This document shows positions 10,753-20,735 of a stretch of 64,000 bases of DNA, one piece after another. Origin of the DNA: Magallana gigas. Taxonomy: Eukaryota. The first letter of the stretch is position 1; each line of letters opens with the position of its first letter. The stretch covers positions 16,678,001 to 16,742,000 of the forward strand of contig NC_088853.1 of assembly GCF_963853765.1 (NCBI RefSeq), read 5' to 3'. The translations under genes and the position numbers were made by a program. The notes below the pieces were generated by a model. The model was not told the DNA's origin. It searched no databases and saw only the letters and a program-made list of their open reading frames with translations.

Positions 10753-13700
10753 GCAGCAGCACCAACTACAGCAGCAGCAGCAACAGCAGCAACAGCAAGA
10801 GTTTATGTTTCAACACCCTTTTACGGCCAACGTTTCGGGACCAACCTCCTCGGGCAAAACGTATTTCGTGAAAACGTTGTTGCAACATTGTATGAGCAAG
10901 ATTTCCCCTCCCCCAGAGAGAATTCTATGGCTCTATAAGCGATGGCAACCCTTATACGACATCATCAAATCTACGGTGTATCCCTCAGTCGAATTCATAC
11001 AGGGTATTCCGTTAGACCTGGAGCAAGATTCGTTTGTTCACCCAGGAACGAGGAATCTCGTGATTTTAGACGATCTCATGTCGACAGCAGCCAAAGATTC
11101 TAGAATCAACGAATTGTTTACCGAGGGTAGTCACCACAGAAATCTATCGGTCATGGCTATCAATCAAAATCTGTACTATAACAAAGATCCCACCCAGAGA
11201 AGAAATTGTCACTACTTGGTTCTGTTTAATAACCCCGTGGACAGACAACAAGTCATGACCTTGGCTCGACAGATGTATCCCGACAACCCTCAACACCTGC
11301 TAAGACATTTTAAAGAAGCCACTTCCAAACCTTATGGATATTTGTTGGTTGATTTGAAACCAACTACATCCGAACATCTGCGCATGCGCATTGACGTCTT
11401 GAATCCTATAAAACAGCTAGAAGCAGAGAATGTGCCTCATTCTCCAAGAGACATCCCTACCGAACAGACGTATCACCAGCCAATTCCTCTTCCCCAACAA
11501 TTGTTAACAGAAAAGTCGGAATTTCAACACACGACACCTGATTTTGAAGATATGCCTTCCTGTGACGATTGTGGTCTGGTCTTTGAAAATATGCATGACC
11601 TTCAAAGACATGTGAAAAGATGGTGCCCAGAGAACGAAAAAAGGAGAGATGATGTTGAAATGGAGGAGGATCAGTCCGATTGGACCCCTATCAAGCCGGA
11701 GAAGAAGGAAGATGAAGATGACCGGGAACATGACGTCTTTCATGCTCTCATGGATAAGGCCAGAGAGAAGAACGAAACAGAATGGAACCAGAAATACAAC
11801 AAATACATCAAAGAGGGATTGACTCGAGAAAAGGCCAGAGAGAAGACCGAAGCAAAGATGAAGTCAAAAGACTTGCAAACATTTGTTACTGGATACGCCG
11901 ATCTCATCCAATACATTCTAGATTTAAAGCATGGTTCCATACATGCAACCATCATGGATGACGTCTCGGATTTCCAGTCTAGAGGCTACGGCGAACGCAA
12001 ATCCATCAGAATGGCCCTGAATAAAAACCGTCATCTCCTCGACGAAATGTGGGACGACGAAATGGAATTCGATGAACGAGATAGTGAAACGGAAGAAGAG
12101 GACAGTGATGAATCTGAAGAAGCTTAAATGTCTTTTGAGAAACTGTTTTTCCGTCTAAACGAGATATTATGTATCATAGCTTTTGTTTGAATAAAAATTG
12201 AAAAAAAAAGTATGTCTTGTTGTACATGTCATTTACGATCACGTGATCAAACGTTATATAATAGGGTCGGTTACGTGGAGGCTTCATTTCTTTGATGTCC
12301 GACAAAGAGGAAGCATGTCTTGGGAGAACTATCTCAAGCAAGTGTATTACAATCCAGTGAATGCCGGAAGTTTTTCCGGGCCGGACAAACTGTATCGATA
12401 TGTGCGCAAAGAAGGAAAATACGTTCTAAGCAAATATAAGATCAGGAAATGGTTACAGAGGCAAGACGCTTACAGTCTACAGAGAGGAGTCCGAAGACAT
12501 TTTAAGAGAAACAGAGTCGTCACCCTTGGTATTGACGACCAGTGGGATGCAGATCTCATGGATATGTCGAAATACGCCAAACAGAACGACGGGGTTGCCT
12601 TCGTTCTGGTGGTTATTGACATATTCTCCAAGTTTCTTTGGATGCGCCCTCTGAAGGACAAGAAAGGCCAAAGTGTCACTTCAGCCTTTGAACATATTCT
12701 TCGGGACGGTAGACGTCCTACCCGAATTCGTACCGACAAAGGACAGGAATTCCGAGCCCGAGTCTTCAACGAATTTCTGAACACCCGAAATATCGAGCAC
12801 TTGTACGCCCAGAACACAGAAACCAAGGCCAATTATGTAGAAAGGGTGATTAAAACGATCAAGGCTAAAGTGTATCGATATATCACCTACCAACAATCCT
12901 ATCGTTACGTGGATCACCTACACGACTTTGCCGCCAACTATAACGCAACGTATCACAGAACAATCGGCATGCCTCCTGATAAGGTGACAAAGGCGAAGGA
13001 GACGGACGTCTGGTGGAGAATGTATTGGCCCAAGAAGGCACCCGTAATATCTAAGCCTAAACGAGTGAGAAAACCCTTCAGATTCAAAGTGGGAGATCGT
13101 GTGCGCATCAGTCACCTGCGGAACGTTTTCACCCGCGAATATGACGAGAAGTGGTCTGGAGAAATATTCGTGGTATCGGAGAGACGCCTAAGAGGAGGAT
13201 TACCCGTATACAGACTTAAAGACTATCTGAACGATGAGATTAAAGGAACCTTTTACCAAGCGGAACTCCAAAAAGTGGACGTTCGTGAAGATGACGAATT
13301 TAAAGTGGAAAAAATATTAAGAACCAAAGGTCGTGGACGTAATAAACAATACCTTGTAAAATGGTTACATTGGCCTACAAAGTTTAATTCGTGGGTCAAT
13401 GCAGATGATATGAAAGGATATCCTTGATGATATATTACTTAACTATTATTATTATTATTGTTATTGTAAATTTCTATAAAAAGAAAATAAATATGAAAAA
13501 TCTAAAACATGTGTTGTTATTCGTCGTGTTTATAGATTCAAATCAGAGAAAAAACATCTCCATGGTGCAGGGATGGTGTCGATTACTTTCAAAAATAATC
13601 GATTAAATTACAATGAATTTTTTTTTTAATCTAAGTATAGATGATTAATGTTTTTGAAGGAAAAATGTATTTTCGACAGGAGTATTAATTCTGATATAAA

Positions 13701-16700
13701 GTTATCAATTTTTACAAGCCTTTCTAGTACATTTTATCATCATTAACCATCTTTTACGGTTGCGTAAATATCTCTGTGTTCTAAAAATAAAGAACTTTTA
13801 TTCATCCATTAAATAAGAAACAGTTTTAATTATGTAAATTATAAACAGAAAACCGTTTATACATAGTTGACTGTATTTATTTGTGTTGAACTTATACTAC
13901 ACATTAGTATAGGCTTTTACTACAATTAATACAATGGTTGACTATAAACACTGTGGTATATCATTGTGTTATTACGGTACTTAAGGGTGTGTTCTTGTTT
14001 TGCATACATTTGAAAATTCAGTACAAAACAATAGGTGTGAATTGTGTTTTTATTTTATATAGTCTGGTTTTTTACCTGAGATTTACCAGTATTTTACAAA
14101 TGCATTTTAAAGAAGAGTTTGGTGATCATACTGCACATGTATTCTAGTGCACTCTATTTAGAATAATGATTAAAAAAAAAATATTATACTTTCAACATTT
14201 CACATTCATTCTGAAAGTACAGTTTTTTTTTCAATCTATTCTATTAAAGAAAACAGTAAAGAATATGAGATTTTGTGTTATCCTCTCTTGTAAAACGAGG
14301 GTTTGAAGACCCGTGTTTACTCATTCGATTCAAACATGTCCTTACCTGTATGATGTCTCGGATGAATAAAGCTACCTTTAAATCTCTTGTTAAACGAGGG
14401 TTTAAATGACCCGTGTTTACTCGTTTGTTTCAAACGTGTCATTACCCGTATAATGTCTTGCATGACTAATATACCTTTAACTCTTTTTGATGTAACAATT
14501 GCCCCCTTTTGATTATGGGAATAAAAGGTCTATTGTATACCAACCCTCAAGAATCGATGATGATAGATCGGTGTCTTATGACACCCTTCGATCCCTCCAA
14601 GGTTGTTATGTGACTCTATAGAGGACAATAGATCTATTGCCAACTAATTTAAGATCGTTCTATTGCTGTCGAGTATAATAGCTCTATTGTCTAGCCCCCC
14701 TATAGATTCCCTTTGATCTTCAATACCTATGACATCATGGGATTTCCCACCCTCTACCTTTTTCAATGCCAACTTGTTTTACGCTTCTTATTGTTGTTGA
14801 ATATAATAGCTCTATTGTTTAGCCCCCCCCCCCCCTATAGATTCCCTTTGATCTTCAATACGCGATTTCCCACCCTCTACCGTTATCAATTGCCAACTAA
14901 TGTTACTCTTCCTATTGTTGTTGAATATAATAGCTCTTTTGTTTAGCCCCCCTATAAATTCCCTTTGATCTTCAATGCCTATGACATCATGGGGTTTCCC
15001 ACCTTCCACCGTTATCAATAGTATGTGTTGCTATGGTTATGGATGACGTCATTGGCTCCTCAGAGGAGCCTTGAGGAGCCTATAGTAAAACATCTGGCGT
15101 AGAACTCTGGTTTTTACACTACTTTTATGTGTTCGCATATATGTGTTAAGGCAAGACATACTTATACAATAACAGGACTGTCCTTAACAGGCACGTAGCA
15201 TCGGGTGGGGGGGGGCTTTTTTTTGGATGAGTCTGTCCCCCCCCCACCCCCACTTTCAAAAACGATGCTACATGCCTGTTAAACAAGAAGAGCTCTATGT
15301 AAAGTTATATAAAAAACACCCAAATTTAAAAGGTTAGATACATCAATATTGATTTTTTTCTTTACTGAATAATAGTTTGACGATCTGATTGTTAATTTGT
15401 AGACCATCCGGTGTCCTTAAAGCTTACTTATAATTTGATTTTTTCCTTTACTTATTAATAAACTATTGCTGAAGAAATTCTATTAAAAATTTTAAGTAGG
15501 CCTGCTTGGTTACTTGTTGAACACCAAGCCCCCTTATAGCACAAAATACACTAAAATAAGTGGCTAAGTATAAAATTAATGTATCTTGAGATGTCTTCGT
15601 AATATTCTATTAACCCACCTGGATGACATATGCCACAGGTTAGAGGGCAGTGGGTCTGCGCAAATCCATAGTAAATGCTCGTCTGGTTACAAATTTTAAA
15701 TAAGTCGTAATGCTTGCAATCGATATTCTTGGCATCGATACAGGCGTCTGCANNNNNNNNNNNNNNNNNNNNNNNNNNNNNNNNNNNNNNNNNNNNNNNN
15801 NNNNNNNNNNNNNNNNNNNNNNNNNNNNNNNNNNNNNNNNNNNNNNNNNNNNNNNNNNNNNNNNNNNNNNNNNNNNNNNNNNNNNNNNNNNNNNNNNNNN
15901 NNNNNNNNNNNNNNNNNNNNNNNNNNNNNNNNNNNNNNNNNNNNNNNNNNNNNNNNNNNNNNNNNNNNNNNNTGCATGTATAATAATTTTTTTCTCTTAC
16001 TTCTATTTCTAACCAGTATACCTGTCCCTCTCTCCTTCTTTTGTATCTATTCATTAGTACTTATATCTTAAATATGCTCTATGATAACAATTACCGGATG
16101 TTGTCGGAAAAGACGCTGGAGTTGACAATGTTGTTAGGTTGTTGGTATGTACAGTGCGATCCGTTTGTACCGAGGACACTGTAGAGTTTCCCGCGCTATC
16201 TGTATTGTGTTGTCCGGCAGTAACACTGCTTTGAATCGTTGGAGAATGCGAGGCGAAGGATATTGGTGAAGACGAGGTCGTTGTCGACGTTGTTGATGTT
16301 GAAAATAATGGAGATGATGATGATGATGACGACGTCGATAGTGATGATGTTGAGAATGGGACAGAGGTAGTTGTTGATCTCATTGTTGTTGGTAGAGAGT
16401 CTGTTGTTGTTGATGTTTTTGTTGTTGTTGTTAGGAATGGTGATGTTGTTAACGATACAGCATAGTATGGCGATGTTGTTGTTTTTGTTGTCGAAGATGT
16501 GTTGTTTTGATATCCTGCTGTAACGTTATATGTATGAGGAGATGACAAGTTGTGTTCTATTAAACAGGAGAAAAATGTAAAATATAATTTTTAATGAAAT
16601 AAGCTTAGAATTACATATTGACAAACAAAGTCAATTAAAATCAGTTTCATTAAAGTTTTAACTTTTACTAAGTTCTAGAAAGAAGTCCTCTAAATTCATC

Positions 16701-19700
16701 AAAATGTACAAATTAGGATATATACATATTTTTCAATAATATACATATTTTTTTCACGCTTCCTGTAGTTAACTCGCGACATCAATTATGCAAAATTCTA
16801 ATGCAATACAAACTCTCGGTGTTGTTTTTTGTTTAATCAAAAAAGAGACACACATCTAGTTTATACCAATTTACATACAATCTGATGACAACCAAAGACA
16901 AATAAAGAATCTCCTGTGAAAAACATACATGTATTTATTAGGTTATCAAGGTTAAAACAGAAGCATGTTTATATACGTTTGAGCGTCAACAGCTGCACTG
17001 ACCTTGACATAAGGAACAGGTGCCAGGACACGCCAGCCTGACCTCTGACACCGTGTGGCATTTATCCTGCAGCAGAGGACAAAAAGGATTGCGATCAAGG
17101 CACAGTTTATCTACAGAAAATTAAAAGAAACCTTGTTCGATACGGTAGGCATATCGGATACATTGCATGCATTAGTAACTATGTTTAAAATAAGTATATT
17201 GCCAAGTGGTTCTACAATCTTGAATTTATACAGCTGTAAATATGTATTGTATTTTGAAAATTGCAGTATTTTTATAAAGCTGCAATTTCTTCCTTTTTTC
17301 TGTGTATATAATAAAAATGTACAAGTAATATGCAAACTAGAACCCACTGCATTATGAATTTAAATATTTGTTAACTTAATGTTAACATAAACGAAACTTT
17401 TAATGAATCAATCATTTTACAGGAACTAGAAAAAGATACTGCATTGAATGTTTTGTTTTAGATTTCATTCAACAATATATATTAATTAAATAACATAAAA
17501 ATCGACATTTTAGCACCTTTTTACTTATATCTGAAAAAAATCCTAACAAAGAATTGTGAACCAAAATTACGTGAAAAACGAAACACTTTACCGTTTGTAC
17601 GGTTGCTATGACAACGGTCATTACAAAGGTCACCTTCACAACAACGGGAGCAGTAGGGGTTGTCCGGGTATTGCTCCAGTGTCCGGCATTTCTACAAGGG
17701 ATGGAACATTTTCATTGGTTAACTATTCTTTTGTCCGATTTCAACGCTAAAACAAACGGTGTTACAAATTGTATCATTTCTGCTCTCACACCTGATTTTG
17801 TTCTGCTGAAAGGAATTCAAAACCAATAAGTTTATTATCATTTCTATGTCAATTTCACTTTTAAACTTTGGAGTGTAAACCTTTAAAAAGGAGGGGGTGG
17901 GGACATATTGTTTTTCATTCCTTGCTTTCCATTTTTCTCTTTTCAATGGAACGTATTCAAATGGGACATCAAATCTAGAGCAGTTTGTAATATCACAAGA
18001 TAAAATAATTGCCGATTATGTCGTCAATTGTATACTATTCCAAAAATGTAGAACAGAAATTATATAGCTTTTTAAGATAACATAAAAAACAATGTATTTT
18101 TATAATATTCGGTAGATGTAATTTATTCAGGGTAAATGTAAATAGTTTAAGGGTTGATTTCAAGAAATATCGCGTGTATCTATGAACAAAGGGACAATTT
18201 CAAGAGACATCATGTATGTCTACGAACAACGAACAAACAAACGTGCTAACCGTTTCCTTAAGAGCACACCCAGTGACGTAATGGTAGAGCATTGTGGTTT
18301 CGTCACGTGACATGCCAATGTAACAGGCCTGAAATAAGGAAATAAAAAAAATAAAATAATGTGATAAATCCACTATTTTATCATGTCTACACAATTTTTA
18401 CTTAAGGAAAACTTATGAGACAACAAAAGGCTTCTGAAATCGGGCTTAAAGAGGATTAGGAAAATGTAGATTAATAGGAATACATCCAAATATGAGTTGA
18501 CGTATAGTCAATTGAGCAGTTCTTGCAGTATCACACTAAACAGAATGGCCAAAAATAGGACACTTCCCACCTTTTTTTTATTGTTATATTTAAATAGAAG
18601 ATCACAACCGTAGATCAACATAAAATCAATATTGTATATAACATATATCGTTTCTAAAAATAATTGACACCATTGTAAAGGACGCGCTTATGATCATTAT
18701 TTGTGCGGGGGAGGGGGGGGGGGAGAGAAAACAATTAATTCTGACAGACTTTACAAAAATCATGAAATAATTGATAACCAGGCAAACGCGCTTTGTTCAT
18801 GACGCAAAAATGGTAGACATGTGGGTTTTCTGTTCAGTTGCTGACGTAGCTTCAACGTTTTATAAAATGTTAATTCCAGTATTAGGCAGGTGTATGTTAT
18901 TCACGCGCCCTGTCTGAGCGTGGAAAGCAGGTTTTGGTCGTAATTACAAATTATACCACAGAGGCATCGTATCCGCTCTACCCTCTATGACATATATATA
19001 GTTATATGAATAATACATGTATTATTTATATATATGCCATAGAGTGTAGAGCGGATACGGTGCCCCTTGTGATTATATGATATTAATTCAATGCACACAT
19101 CTGACCGCATGTCCATCATACAAACTTATATTGGGCGGTATTGTGCAGAACATAGTATCAACCACTAGGAGAAAAAAATCGTTCAGCGAGAAATACATTG
19201 AAGTATAGATTTATACTTTTATAGAAAAAATATATAAATTAGGCCTTTCTTAGAAAATGTTTCTTTAATTGGAATTGCCGTCAGGGGGTTTCTAGACCCA
19301 GGTGGGAGGGAGGGATTTTTTGTTTCAAGCTTGAAGTTTAACTAATTGAAATTGGGTAAAGAAAATCTCTATGTAAAAAAAAAATCATTATTTGCTAATA
19401 AATTTTATCAGCGGGGGGGGGGGGGGGGGTATTTCAATAAGGCGGGGGGCAATTTCAAACAATTTTATGGCCTTATCATAATATATGGACCAAAAAGAAA
19501 TTGAAATTAAATAATATAATCGAGTACAAAACGACTTTTATCTTAACTTAAACACGTCACTGGTATATAAATTTAAAAAAAGGTACTTAACTTACTAGTA
19601 TATGTATTTTTGTACAGGATTATATATAATTATATACATGTATTTTTCTTTTTTATCCAATAAACATTATTACGTCAACAAGTTGACTGTGTACCTAGTC

Positions 19701-20691
19701 CTTTGAACTTTCCAACGTTGCTCTACATAGCATTCAATCACAGACATAGAACAGCGCGAAAAATAGATTACCGCAAAAAAAGAACAATTTTACGTTGTTG
19801 CTCAAGACATTCATGCCAGTATTTCCCTTTATTAAAATTAATAGTTAAATGAAGACATTCAATTTGTATTGAAAATATAATACAAACATCAGTGAATTTT
19901 TCATTTTATTTTAGCCGGGTTAGAATAAACGTAGAATAAATCCTAGCTGCTTCCCTACGCCTACAAATTTAGATTTGTTGGTGATCAATTTCCGTGGATT
20001 GTTATTCGTAGCGATGTTATTTCATGAAGGTCCAATAATAAAAATAACTCTTTCTAAATTTGTTTTCGTCGACGATGCAAATTCGTGGGGGGGGGGGGGG
20101 GGGGGGGGGGCTACCCACAAATATCACAAAACACGAAAATTGAGCACCATGAGTTCTAATGATTCTACAGTATTATAGTTCACTTGCACAACATTACTAA
20201 AACACAGTGTTTGCTTTTCAGGTTTTTTTTTTGTTAGCGGAATGGTTGTTTGCACCGTGAAGAGAAAATTAGAACCCTTTTAACAATACCTTGGACTTTC
20301 GGTTGGACGTAGCTTTCTATTTCTTGCGTCAAAACAAGTTAAAAATGACGCTGGATTGAAGCGAAATATGCACCGATTGCGAAGTCTTATCTCAAAAACC
20401 AGACAAATCGTGTTGATTTCAAAGAGACATGGCTGAGTGGCCAGCAATGAAACAGACAGGCCTACGCCACATTGCTTTTTGACACAACTACCCAAAGTCC
20501 AAGCTCCTGTCAAAATGGTTTTAAGTCCACTGAGTGATCCAAGGCTTACCCTGTCTATGGAGCAGAGTGTTATCTGATCACATGACTCCGGGTGTGTCTG
20601 GTAGTCACAGGCGTAACAGATGGTCCCCGAGGAGTCGGGCAACACTGAAGATAGACAGACAGAATGAACAGATAATGTGTATAGATACAAA

Positions 20692-20735
<44 letters not shown>

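Larger units (their letters stand above)
3644..15123 (+). mobile_element. Complete compact Polinton/Maverick-type element (11,480 bp) encoding pPolB, ATPase and integrase, with no capsid genes found
   Basis: Ends AGTAGTGTAAAAACCAGAG (3644) and CTCTGGTTTTTACACTACT (15123) are exact inverted copies. Identical 6-bp TSD TTTATG at 3638-3643 and 15124-15129. Long TIRs and hallmark Polinton genes are present. Confidence 0.96.

Noticed and set aside
10385-10938. Poly-Ala/Thr and poly-Leu ORFs (10453-10938, 10385-10612, 10374-10616)
   Set aside because: Alternative frames of the CAG/CAA tract. Only the polyQ frame continues into the ATPase.
12198-12314. 39-aa N-terminal extension of the integrase ORF
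   Set aside because: It starts at TTG within the ATPase polyA region and upstream of the TATA-like box. ATG 12315 is more plausible.
7079-13115. Antisense ORFs inside the Polinton genes
   Set aside because: Short shadow ORFs with no recognisable motifs.
12315-13427. Integrase-chromodomain as a Gypsy LTR retrotransposon or Ginger element
   Set aside because: No gag, RT, RNase H or LTRs. It lies within Polinton TIRs beside pPolB, with a 6-bp TSD.
15340-15416. Possible terminal exon of the LU/ShK gene right of the Polinton
   Set aside because: Purine-rich poor acceptor and a featureless peptide. The in-phase ShKT exon at 3580-3456 fits far better.
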